Below, in pieces: positions 1 through 11,405 of a DNA stretch of 21,617 nucleotides; position 1 is the stretch's first letter; each line of letters opens with the position of its first letter. The translations under genes were made by a program, and so were the position numbers. This DNA comes from Ginkgo biloba (taxonomy: Eukaryota; Plantae; Ginkgophyta). Location of the stretch: positions 234,623,291-234,644,907 of the forward strand of contig JANKJI020000002.1 in NCBI GenBank assembly GCA_024626585.2. The letters are read 5' to 3'. The notes beneath the pieces were generated by a model. It saw only the letters and a list, made by a program, of their open reading frames with translations, did not search any database and was not told the DNA's origin.

Positions 1-1283
1 TTAGTTGCATTTCAACATAATTGTAACTAATCTCAAAGTTTATATACATAATGTATTGGCTAGCTTGCACAATATTCAAATATTAATTCATCCTACTATT
101 ATATTCTTGTGGTCATAATTAATGTAAAAGTCATATACTCAATCAAATTGACCAACTTGGATTTAAGATCACAAGCCAAAATGTAATTAAGTGGCTTAAT
201 AGTTCTTAAAATACAACTCNNNNNNNNNNNNNATCTTCCTCCTAAGTTTGCATCATAACCACCATAGAATTATATATATTTTGGTTATTTGGTATTATGC
301 CATGGGATTTCTATAACATTGATTTTCTTTAAAAATAGCCTATGTCTAGATAACATAAAAGGAATGAAACAATACACTCATAAAAGGAAGGAACTCTAGT
401 TGTTAACCATTGCCATTATCTAACTATCTTAAACAAATATATCCTAGGAGTCAACATGGTTGAAATTCTATTCCACATTAAATTAGATTATATGGAGAAA
501 TAACTTTGAATATTCATTGATTTTTTACACAATAAGACTATAAAAAATTATGTCAACTGCTAAATCAATGTACTAATTAGTGAGAATGGTTATATGGCTA
601 AATTAATCAAATAGGGTTGCCAATGTATGAAATGCAAATGGACACGGCTATGTAAGTCTGTTTAATACTCGATCGATACTTGGACATAAATTATAAGGGT
701 TTGAAGAGAATTTAGGTCTATTCACCACGTGTAATCATGAATATATAGAGTTTTAAGGATAGAGGGTCATACTTGGCCCAGCTTTTTTACACTTCAAAAA
801 AATTTATGCTAGTGGAGAATTATGATGGGCTCATTTTTAAGAGCTTTATTTCACAGTCTGAAAAGTATTCACAACATATAATAAATAAAGATATACTAAA
901 TAAGGAGAGTATAGTATATACTATCCATAACTTTGATGCCTGCTATGTCCTCTATGAAAGGTATGGTAAAAGTAGTTCCCAACTACTCCTTTTCATGGCA
1001 CTGTCAACCACACAAACCATGGCCTAGTTGCCATTGTATTCAATTCCCCATGCTTTTAATCAATCTCATCTCCACCGAATCCTTATTTTATAAGCTGTTC
1101 AACATTTTTCATTCTTCACTATAAAGCTCTTGTTACTCCAATAATTACTTATTGCAATTCTCCTCCTAGATACAACTTTCACCTGTTCAGCATAGAAGGC
1201 ATATGGAGTTTTAAAAAAATGAATATAGAGAATCTATTGTGTTGTTTTGAGCATTCTATTATACAACCCACCAGATTTAAAAA

Positions 1284-2265
1284 TGATGCAGGAGCATCCG
1301 ACGCTCACCTCATCAGAGCTGACGAGCACCGACGATGAGCCAAGCCGACGAGCACCAACGATGAGTGCCAGCCTCATCGGTGAAGTCAGTGAGGATCGAG
1401 TATATTGGTGGAGCTATAACCCAATAACCGTCGATGAAGCTATAGTCTGACATTCGTCAGTGAAGACAGAAGCAGACACCGTCGGTGGAAATGACCGACG
1501 AACCTCAAGGCACAGGAAGACCGACGACGTCGGCGAAAGCAGTCAGATCAGCATACATTGAAAGAAGAAAGAGATGAACACACCTCGTCGATAAGGATAA
1601 AATTAATGAAAGGTAATTAGCCAAAACAGACTGATTACAAGCAAGACCAACATCAGGCAGATTAACTCACATGGGTGAGTCAGATTGTGATGACTGACAG
1701 GGTAGAGATGCCGATGGAAAGAAATTTTATGTTCGAGGCATGTATTAAATGTGAAAACCATTATAGAATTAAAACTCACCTAATAATTTTGTTGAAACAG
1801 AAAGAGTTGTTGCGCACTGAAGTAGGGGAATCTATTAGATTTTTGTCTATAAATAGAATCTGCAAGAAGCTGTTGAAAGGGGGGAATTTCAGAGAAAGAA
1901 ATGAAGTGCTGCCAGATTGGAGATTAAAGAGAAGACAAGGTCAAGCCAAGGAAAACTCCATCAAAATTGGTGGTGGAGTAGGGAATCAAGAGGTGAAGTG
2001 TATTATGAGGTTGTTCCTGAGAGCGAGGAAGCCATTCCTATGAGATTGCACTGAGGAATTTGCATGTTCATTGTGTTATAAATGACAACGATAAAGCCGT
2101 AAAGCTGTATTGTAAAGACAATGGGCATGGTGTAGGTCGTGGGCCAGATTCTATAAGCTAGTGGGTTGTATATGCATGTAAGGGCTTGGCCTAATATTAC
2201 ATTTGCTGAATATACCTGGTGTTTTATTCCCCGTGAGAGTTTCTCTAGTTAAAAAAATTCTGTGT
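1284..2265 (+). mobile_element. LTR of an LTR retrotransposon (family A, copy 1); 3' end lost in the N gap
   Basis: Starts TGATGCAGGAGCATC; TATAAATA at 1848-1855; collinear, diverged similarity to 8712-9653 (e.g. GCTGAATATACCTGGTGTTTTATTCCCC vs GCTGAATACATCTGGAGTTTTATTCCCC). Confidence 0.82.
1318..1369 (+). repeat. Two imperfect ~26-bp tandem copies in the U3 of LTR A1
   Basis: GCTGACGAGCACCGACGATGAGCCAA followed by GCCGACGAGCACCAACGATGAGTGCC. Confidence 0.8.
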
Positions 2266-2366
2266 NNNNNNNNNNNNNNNNNNNNNNNNNNNNNNNNNNN
2301 NNNNNNNNNNNNNNNNNNNNNNNNNNNNNNNNNNNNNNNNNNNNNNNNNNNNNNNNNNNNNNNNNT

Positions 2367-4575
2367 CATGGAGTGAAAGAAGTACCTTTGGTAGTTGAAA
2401 AGTGGTCAGAATACACTATGGGAGGTGACAAGGATCTAAGGGAGAGATCATTTATTGAGTAATCAAAGGATTTGACTATGAGGTATAGAGAATAAAGGAT
2501 AGCATCAAAATCTAGAAGCGGTAAATTAGCAAACATGGAGTTTCAAGCCTTGATAAGGCAAGTTGAGGGATTCAAGAAAGTGAAACCTTCGATGGCAACA
2601 TTAAACGAAATACAATATTTGAAGAAATGATTTAAAAAATTAGTAAAAGAAGAATGGAGGATTTGACAAGAAAAATAGTTGTGAAAGATGATAAGGAAGC
2701 TATATAAGCCAAAAAGAAAAGAGGAGATGGAGAACTTGGTGGAAGAAGTAAAAATACGAATGGAGAATGGGGATGAATAATTATGGGTTATAGTTGAATC
2801 ATTCTTAGTGGAGTATGGAGTAAAATATTTAAGTAAGGAAGAGGACTGAGAAATGGAAGAAACCATAGAAAGGGTTTTAGTTGTTAAGTAGCCTATAAGA
2901 TTCAAAGAGGAGAGTTTGAAAGATACCATAAATAAGGTCACAATAATGGGACAGATAGGAAAGGTTATCGATGAATAGACACTAGAAGAGCCCATGTAAA
3001 GGTAAGGAGATGAGGTCCAATGTGATATATGAGAAATAGAAGAAACTACGGAGGAAAAATAGGTGGAAGAGAAGAGAGTATTATGTGAAGGACCGATGTC
3101 AAACGAGCCAACAATAAGCTAATATAGAGAGGAACCAATCAAAGTTCTAAGAGATAAGTAAGTCAAGGAGTTCATTTAGGATCTTATGCAAGGGTAAAGA
3201 GTAGAAGAGGATGATAGCGAAGTGATGATGTGTGATCTAAAGTACAACAAAGAAGCCTTGGATGATACCAAAGAGTGGGATTAGTATGAGCCTATGGAGA
3301 GGCTAACTAAAGATGAAGAGAAGGTGGCACTAGACATGCCATGAAAGAAGGTTTCATCTAAAGAATAAGAGAAGAGAGGAGTACAATGGCCAATAGGTGA
3401 GAAGAGCCAACCAACAAATGAAGTCCAAGAGGTCCAAAAGGAATAAATTTCACATTTTCCTAAGTGTGCAAGAGAGGATTAGTTGAAGGCACAAACTGAT
3501 AAGATGGAATAAAGGGATAGTAGAAAGGCTATTGACCTAAGTGCAAAGGTTGGCATCATGGAGAATGAGTTCAGTGTAATGAAGAATGTCATGGTGGATG
3601 GCGATAGGGATGCCAACTATGAGCGGGCCAAAGGAACTCTTAAGGAGCACCAACATCATCAGTGGAACATTGTCCAATGAGAAGAGGATGACCTACATCG
3701 GACAAAGTACAATATAGATCAACATCCATAGGGTGATAAACATTAAGAGAGGCATGTCGACAGATGACTAACAGATGTAAGGTATCTGAAAAATAAATAG
3801 AAAAATTTAGAGGTTAGATAGNNNNNNNNNNNNNNNNNNNNNNNNNNNNNNNNNNNNNNNNNNNNNNNNNNNNNNNNNNNNNNNNNNNNNNNNNNNNNNN
3901 NNNNNNNNNNNNNNNNNNNNNNNNNNNNNNNNATAATAGAGCAATAGATGGAGAAAAAATATCCAAAGGGTAACGATAAATAGTACACTAAGAAATGGAC
4001 ACAGGGATAATAGGAATAGAGAGAAAAGGAGATAAAAGAGGGAGAGATTAGTGGAAGAAAACCTTACCCTCCCTACATATTTACAGGTGATGAGATTGGT
4101 AAGGATAAGCCTCATGAGAAAGAGACATCTAATTCTAACATGATCATGAAGGAGCACAAGGAGGAACATAAATGAAAGGTGATAGACATAATCATTTATA
4201 AGGATGATAAATATGACTACAATTGGGGAGGATTACAGTAGATTGGAGATGAAGAGCTAAAGGAAGATTTAGTGTATAAGAAAGAGAAAGGACTGATAGG
4301 AGATAAGGCTCAAGGAATTGAAAGGCACTTAGGATGTTCTATAAAAATGGTGAATTTTAATGAATGGTAGGAATCTACACTTGTGAGAGTGAAGGTGAAA
4401 AGGAAAAGTCCTAAGAAGAGCACTAGGAATAGGTGTTGGAAGAAGTGGAATAGTGGATGGGAAAGAGAGATTGTAGGTATAATTTAGAATAGAAGGAGAT
4501 ATCTACCAAGAGATAGAATTGGAAGAGCCAGAATAAATAGATTAGCATGGAATGAGCTAGCGATGTAGAAGTAGT
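2367..4575 (+). pseudogene. Fossil Glu/Lys-rich (coiled-coil-like) reading frame at the 3' end of a retrotransposon internal region
   Basis: Strongly purine-rich; one frame on each side of the 3822-3932 gap stays rich in GAA/GAG/AAG codons; many stops (about 30 in the first segment); ends about 35 bp before a PPT and LTR. Confidence 0.5.
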
Positions 4576-4609
4576 AGACATGAGTAGGAGCTCATGCTTA
4601 ATTTTAAAT

Positions 4610-4619
4610 AAGGGGAGGA
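4610..4619 (+). other. Polypurine tract (PPT)
   Basis: AAGGGGAGGA directly before TGATGTAAGAGCATT, a variant of the LTR terminus seen at 1284, 7404 and 8712. Confidence 0.75.
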
Positions 4620-5901
4620 TGATGTAAGAGCATTCCTCAATTTTGGAGTTGTAGAAGGATTTTTAGTATGGTTGACATCTAACCTACATAGGTGCATCGA
4701 CAAAAGGTTGGTATTTTTTGCTAAGGAGAAGTTTTGAGTAGAAGAAGATGTATCGATGATTAACAGGGTTGCATGGGAGTTTGTGTGTCATTTTATTAAT
4801 GATCGACACTGATATATGAGGAGAGACATTGGAGAATCTTGATATCATTGATTCAATGTGGGTCAATGATCGTCATCATAGTGGAGTCTAACACCAACAA
4901 TCAATAGGGATTATGGTTGATGAATGATAAGGAAAAGAGGTCAAGACTGACAAGAGTTTATCGATGCGAGAGGAGAACTCACCAATGGAATAAATGGCCT
5001 AGATGAGAAGAAAAATAGGTACACAAGTTTAAGGTTTCTAAGGTCGCTTGTAGCCATGCTTTGGGATGGCAAAGCAATGTATCTTCCTTGGTTTGGAAGG
5101 ACTATCTACTAGCAAGCTCATGGATGAAGTGCATCCCCTTAATGTGCATGAAGAACATGGGCAATTCTCTATTTGAAGGCCTCTTAAAGTTCATCTTAGT
5201 GGGCCCTACATGTGAAAGTTGGAAGGTCGGGACTTGGATCTAAAGCAATAGTAGGGGATGGAATTACCACCAGAGGGCCATTTTTTCTAATATGGAAGCT
5301 TGTGTTGCAATTGTGGCAACTAGGGTTTTCATCCATAACACAATAGGAGATGTTTTTTAATCAAGAAAGGTACCTACGATAGAGGCCTGCAGTTAGGATG
5401 TGAGTCTAACTCTGCTAATATTTTTAGTTGTGTGTGCTTTGGCTTCAAACCACAGGGATTGCACTAACAGAAGGGATTCAACCAAACCCCCATGGATCCA
5501 ATGTCCCCCTTTCAAAGGATTTCAATTATCTAGTCCTTATAATTTGTCAAGGTTACCAGGGTTTGCAAGTGTGGGTTTGGGTGCAGGTGCAACATTTTTG
5601 GAAGGGGAGTTCGCAGGTTNNNNNNNNNNNNNNNNNNNNNNNNNNNNNNNNNNNNNNNNNNNNNNNNNNNNNNNNNNNNNNNNNNNNNNNNNNNNNNNNN
5701 NNNNNNNNNNNNNNNNNNNTTACTATTAACACCTTTTCCCTTAAGAGGTGTATGTGAGGGTGGATATTAAGGTGGATTTCCACTTCCATGGTGGCCTGTT
5801 CTATCAAAGGCAAACTCTAAATTTACCAATCTCCTTCTTTAATATGTTCACACTTTGTCTTAGTGAATTCTTTTTCTCCTAGGGGTGGTGGGACTACAAC
5901 A
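4620..5901 (+). mobile_element. 3' LTR of a retrotransposon (family B); right boundary tentative
   Basis: PPT-TG junction; candidate end ...GGACTACAACA at 5901 is a one-mismatch inverted match to TGATGTA; interrupted by the gap at 5620-5719. Confidence 0.55.
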
Positions 5902-6599
5902 CTAATTTGAGCTCTAATTATTCTATTCTTATGGTAATTTCTTGGGCAGTACTTAAAATTAACCCCTCTCGATAGAGTAGGTGGTTAGGGAATCATTAAG
6001 GACTTGAACAGTGGGGGTGCATTAACCTTTCCACTTCTCCCTTACCTTGTGCAAATAAGGTAGTGGAATGATATCAAAGGTGGGGTCAATGGAAAGATCA
6101 GTCTTTGTAGAGACATGACTCAAATTAATTAGAGGGATTTGGGTGATGAGGATTGGAGTGAAAATAAGAGGGATTATGTTAATTAAATTTATAGACAAGG
6201 GGGTGGTCATGGGGATGGTGTTTTCCTATGAAGGATTAGGTTCCCTTTGACTCTCCTTATATGACTCTTTCTCTTGGATGTATCCATATTTATTCCTATT
6301 CCTTTCTCTCAAAATCACCCCCTACTTAGAGCCCATCTCTTAATGCTTCCTTTTTAGGGAATCAAAATCCTTTGTAATAGATTTTCTCTTCTTCTCCCTT
6401 TTAGATATGCTTTCCTTTCCTTGGACTTCCAAAATAGGAATTCTTGGTAAATCAGGAGGTGACCATACCATGGTATAAGGTTCCTTAGAGAAGTATTCTT
6501 TATTGATTGCCCAGTAATGATACTAGGCCATCAAAAAACTGAGAGGGTAATCTAGGACTAACTATCTCTTTGGCCTTAAAATAGAGTTGGGAATATACA

Positions 6600-7255
6600 T
6601 TAATCTATTATGGAGGGCCCAGGGATTCTATACATATGACTACAAGCAAGGAAGGCATGGAAAAATATGCCCAAACATTTATCAATTAGATTAGTGCTAC
6701 TTAAATCTATCTTTTACCCATGATGCCCATAGGTACATAGTGCCTTGAACTAAATTGGTTGCCACTGTTGACCATTGGTGGCTCAAATAATTGTTGGCTT
6801 CTATTCCTACCAACCTCCTTGTCAATATCCTGAATTTACACTTGGATCCTTCATTGGTAATACAATTAGTAATGAAATTATTGGATTTATTTCACACATC
6901 AACCTCCTTGCATCCTAGGTAGAGTTTCTAAAAAATGACTTCTTTTTCCATAGGATTTACTTCTTCTTTGAGGTATATTTTATGACCAAAGAGGGGTAGA
7001 CTAGTGATATGATGAATCAATTCTTCATTTACATGCACTACTTTGTCTTAGAACTAGAAGGAGTTATTCTTGAAGTAACGAATAATATCTACCACAATAG
7101 GATATGGAAAATATAGAATGAGGGCTCTAGCATAAGATACTATCCCTAAGTGCATCAGATATAAGTATTTTAGCCAGGGTTGGCCAGTTGCATCTTCAAT
7201 AATGAATGGATCCCATTCCTGATTGTATATGTCTAGACTGTCTTCCAATGCTTTT
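6600..7255 (-). pseudogene. Degenerate retrotransposon accessory ORF (plant transposon-protein-like domain)
   Basis: One frame reads ...F*F*DKVVHVNEELIHHITSLPLFG...ILTRRLVG...LVQGTMYLWASWVKDRF... and, after a 1-nt shift, MPSLLVVIC. This resembles motifs I recall from extra ORFs of plant Ty3/gypsy elements; no search was run. Confidence 0.55.
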
Positions 7256-7403
7256 NNNNNNNNNNNNNNNNNNNNNNNNNNNNNNNNNNNNNNNNNNNNN
7301 NNNNNNNNNNNNNNNNNNNNNNNNNNNNNNNNNNNNNNNNNNNNNNNNNNNNNNNAGAAGATTGATTAGGCACTTATAATCCATAAGCCTATAATTGGTT
7401 CTT

Positions 7404-8711
7404 TGATGCAGGAGCATCCACCAATTTAAGAAATTATTGCCTTTTTAGACAAGGGACTTAGTGTGATGTCGTAGCATTAGAACCATGGTGATGCATCAAA
7501 GAGGATAGTGTGATAGTCTTTTTTTGTAGCAGTTAGATGCTTTAGAGAATTTGAATAGTCATACCATGCCCAAGTCCTCAGGAGCATTCCATGTGGCTCA
7601 ATCACAGGTTATCACAACCTGCAAGGAGAGAGAGGTGAAGGGAGCCCTATAGCCATATATTGAAAGCCTTGGGTAAACAAGATACAATCATGTGTGAAAA
7701 TTATGGATGGTCCTAAGATGGTATAAAGGAAAGGGGAAGGGGATATATCCCAAAAGGTTATGGGTGTATGGAGCATGAGATCGTGCCATGTGGGGTAATA
7801 ATGGGACATCCTCCCTCATGGTGGATGTAAACTTTAGGAGACAACATCAAAGGCTATGGATTTAGAGTTAACAGGATTATACCATGTGGAAGGATCTATT
7901 GACTCTTTTCATCATAGAGGTTAATAAACTTGATGATTTTTTATAAAGGTGGAAAGACCCAAAACTCATGCGATCATGCCATGATTCCTCATCTAAGACT
8001 ATATCAAGGCTTTATGAAAAGTTTATTACCAAGGTGCACTTGGCTAAAGGAGTTCTAAGATGCTACCATGCATTTCAATCATGTTTACTTGTAGAAACTT
8101 GAGGAGAATGGTTAATGAAAAAGTGTGGATATAGGTGGTAAACNNNNNNNNNNGTAGGATTGTGACGTGTATCAATCTTGGGAAATTTAGGGCACCATGT
8201 GTTAAGTTGAACACCAAAAAAGAGAAGGCACCAGGGGTGGTAAGAGAATGCCATGTGTTCAAAGCCCATGATCCCTCTATGAAGTGCAATGTGATAGACA
8301 ATGAGAACATGTCGATAGGCTATGAGCTTAAAAACATAATGATATGAAAAGTGGAGGTGCACAGACATCACCACCCTGATCTAACTCATGAATGATCGAC
8401 ATTAAATGGGGTTGCCACCATTGAACAATAATCGATATATCAAAGTAAATTCCATAGTAAGATCAAAGAGGTCTTCATTTAGCAATAAAGTATTGTATCA
8501 GGGGAAATTGATATTTCTTCTAAGTAATGACAAAAGAAGAATGGTTGAGGCATGGCTGGAATAGCTGTGGCCATACCAAGAGTATGGATTGAATAACAGT
8601 GCAGTAATTGGCCATTAACACTTATTGTCAAAGAAGGAAATAGTGGATAACAATGAGAGGAAGATGAAGGAGGAGAAGAGTTAAGGGGATATAGTGGAGA
8701 TTATCATTCAG
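7404..8711 (+). mobile_element. LTR-like segment (family C) interrupted by LTR A2
   Basis: Starts TGATGCAGGAGCATCC with no PPT upstream; carries GATCATGCCATGTGG-type subrepeats at 7779, 7875, 7972 and 8158. Confidence 0.55.
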
Positions 8712-9847
8712 TGATGCAGGAGCATCTGGCACCCACTGTGTCAGTGGACTAACTATCTTCGGCCAAGGAAAAATCATGAGCATTGACCTCATCAGCAAAG
8801 ATAGAAAAACCAATCACATTGGTGAGGAAGGAACCTGACATCTATTGGTGAAGCATAGAATCGACCTTGTCAGTGGAGAAAATCGACAAGCATTAGAAGG
8901 TAAGGGGGATCGACAATGTCAGCAGAGGTAACCTAGTAGACTTATGCCAGAGAAGGATTGATAGACTATGTCAGATGGTAGCAAACTAATGAAAAGCAGA
9001 AGTCAATGATAGATCAGCATGAGACAGGATTGACAAAGGCAAGTTCAACTTGCATCGGTGAGCCAGATTATAATGGCTAACAGAAAGGAGGATGACGAAG
9101 AAAAGGCACATAGGAGAATGTTGCAAGCATTTAATGTGAGAGTCGTTATAGAGTGAATTCTCACCTAATAGTGCCATTGAAGAGGGAAAAGCTATTGTGC
9201 GCAGGAACAGGAGATCTGTTAGATCTTAGCCTATAAATAAAAATGGCAAGAAATCGCAAAGGGAGGATGCAGAGAGATAGCCATGAAGTTTTGCCGAATT
9301 GAAGATTGAAGAGTAGGGAAGATCAGTCAAAGGAGATTCCAAAATAATAGTCATGGAGCAAGGAAGAGAAGGTTCATATGCAAAGTAAGGCTAACCCTAA
9401 GATCAAGGAAGCCATTTCAATGGAGCACTAAAAATTTGGCATGTTTATCCTATTTATGCGAGAGTGGTGAAGCCATGAGGCTGCATTGTAAAGCTAGTAG
9501 GCATTGTATAGGCCATGAGTCAATACTCATAAGCCAGTGGGTAGTGTGTGTTTATAAGGGTATTTCCCCTACTATTTTTTTTTTTTAAGCTAGCTGAATA
9601 CATCTGGAGTTTTATTCCCCAAAAGGGTTTCTCGAGTTTAAAACTATTTGCGTTCTTCTTTCCATTGTGATTACCTGCATTCTGATCTGTTCACTATCTT
9701 TGGTTTGTCATTTCTACAATAGTTTTAGATAGTCGAACGTAAAGTGGGTGGATCTTGGATGTCAGGAGAAAGATCCTATGGTAGAAGTTAGTGCGGGGTG
9801 GTGAGCTGAGCGTTCCTCGTTCACCTCCACCACCTCGTGCTGCATTA
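8712..9847 (+). mobile_element. Complete 5' LTR (family A, copy 2), 1136 bp
   Basis: Terminal inverted repeat TGATGCAG...CTGCATTA (CA end mutated to TA); TATAAATA at 9232-9239; PBS follows after 1 nt; homologous to 1284-2265. Confidence 0.88.
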
Positions 9848-9848
9848 G

Positions 9849-9860
9849 TGGTATCAGAGC
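9849..9860 (+). other. Primer binding site, tRNA-iMet
   Basis: Perfect TGGTATCAGAGC directly after the LTR end. Confidence 0.92.
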
Positions 9861-9908
9861 ATGAATATTGGTGACAAGGAGTGAGTCGATAGAAGAAGCG
9901 ACATCAAA

Positions 9909-9920
9909 ATGCCGCCTAAA
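9909..9920 (+). mobile_element. Probable gag start (MPPK) cut off by the N gap
   Basis: ATG CCG CCT AAA 48 bp after the PBS; MPPK/MPPR starts are common in plant Ty3/gypsy Gag. Confidence 0.5.
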
Positions 9921-10082
9921 NNNNNNNNNNNNNNNNNNNNNNNNNNNNNNNNNNNNNNNNNNNNNNNNNNNNNNNNNNNNNNNNNNNNNNNNNNNNNNNN
10001 NNNNNNNNNNNNNNNNNNNNACAAAAAAAAGTTAGTATTCTAAATAAAAATACTTCTAAGTATCAAACTTATTAGAATTGAT

Positions 10083-10100
10083 AACCTAGCTCCAATACCA
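10083..10100 (-). other. Degenerate tRNA-iMet PBS of a minus-strand element
   Basis: Minus strand reads ...GTACATCA-TT-TGGTATTGGAGCTAGGTT, a 15/18 match to TGGTATCAGAGCCAGGTT, preceded by a CA LTR-type end at 10103. Confidence 0.7.
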
Positions 10101-10273
10101 AATGATGTACATTTGTGATTTTTGTTGTGTATATAGAAGAGTGTAGGGGAAAGATACTCAAATGTTTCCTTAAAATATATACATGTGAAGGATGTTACAT
10201 CTATATTTGATTGCAAATGGTCATATCATATGTTGANNNNNNNNNNNNNNNNNNNNNNNNNNNNNNNNNNNNT

Positions 10274-11405
10274 ATTAATGTGGGGATCATGGTACATTAA
10301 AATTCCTTACAAGTAGAGGTGAAGTCAATATTTGAGAATATGTCACTTGTTAGGTCTAGAATCTCTTATTCCACCTAATATCATACCAATCCTCTTATAC
10401 AATGAATCATTATCTTCTCCCTTTGTGAGAAAAATAATGTTTGATTATTATCAAGGCCTTTTCTGGACATTATCAAATGCCAAAGATTAGCGTTGGGTTA
10501 ATTCTAGATGCAGAGGATAGTCTAATTTGTAGAAGCGCCTATAAAAAGAGAAATGAGTTGAAACTCTATTCAATTCATAATAGGTGCCAAAGGGGATAGT
10601 GTTGCAAAATCATGCAAGGCATGAGCTCGCAAGATCTAGCCACATGTGATAATTCAAGATGAGTTCCCTTGCAGTGTGTAAAAAATTCTTGGAGTGTTTG
10701 GAAAAAAGGTTACAAGGATTGATATTATTTTATCATGCTACATGTTAGAGATTCATAATATCACTCCTCATGGAAAGTTAAAATCTTGAAATAAAATTGA
10801 CCAAAAATACCATGAGCTTAGAATCCACCAGATTGTGCCACGTGTCATCCAGAAGCCATAGGATCATGCCACATGGAAAGAGTCCATGAGATTTCTCTCA
10901 TGATAGTTGAAAAACCTTTAGGAAATTTTGGCAAAGAATGTTTCAACTTGATTCATGAGATTGTGACACATGGTGAGAATTCGTGAGATCTCCCCCCACA
11001 ACAGTTAAATAACTCCAAAGAAAATTCAAAGGGTTGTAAGTTCACAGATTCATGAGATTGAGACATGTGTAAAGTGTTTGTATTCTTTACCTTCTCATAG
11101 TAATTAAAATACTTGGAATAAATTATGAAAAGTGTCACATGGATCAGGGTGTCTGAGATGCGTCCACACGTCATAATCTCAAGCGATTGTAGGCTTGCAT
11201 TGATCCAAAGGAAATGTGAAGTGATCAAAAGGTTGTGGGTCTTTGAATCCCCAAGATATCACCACCTTCCATCATCTCGGTGACTCCCCAGAAGTGAAAT
11301 TATAAAAGAAAATAAAAGTAGACCTATAAAATATTATGACTCCTAGGATCACAAGATCATGCCACGTGGTAGGATCTCATTTCATCTCCCCTTATAGTAA
11401 TTTAA
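10274..11405 (+). repeat. Left copy of the long direct repeat (U3 part of the 5' LTR, which probably extends to ~13.35 kb)
   Basis: Aligns to 15302-16407; block 10661-10800 vs 15665-15804 shows 20 differences in 140 bp by manual count, 16 of them transitions. Confidence 0.9.

Noticed and set aside
773-2043. Short ORFs 773-1027, 933-1124, 1247-1450 and 1675-2043 as genes
   Set aside because: No recognisable domains or splice context; the last two lie largely or wholly in an LTR.
2543-4169. Hydrophobic minus-strand ORFs (2543-2995, 3807-4169) as membrane proteins
   Set aside because: They are antisense shadows of the purine-rich plus strand, which yields F/L/S-rich peptides automatically.
1284-9847. 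LTR A1 and LTR A2 as the two ends of one intact element
   Set aside because: A2 is followed by a PBS and has no PPT before it, so it is a 5' LTR; the two copies are also strongly diverged and differ in CpG decay.
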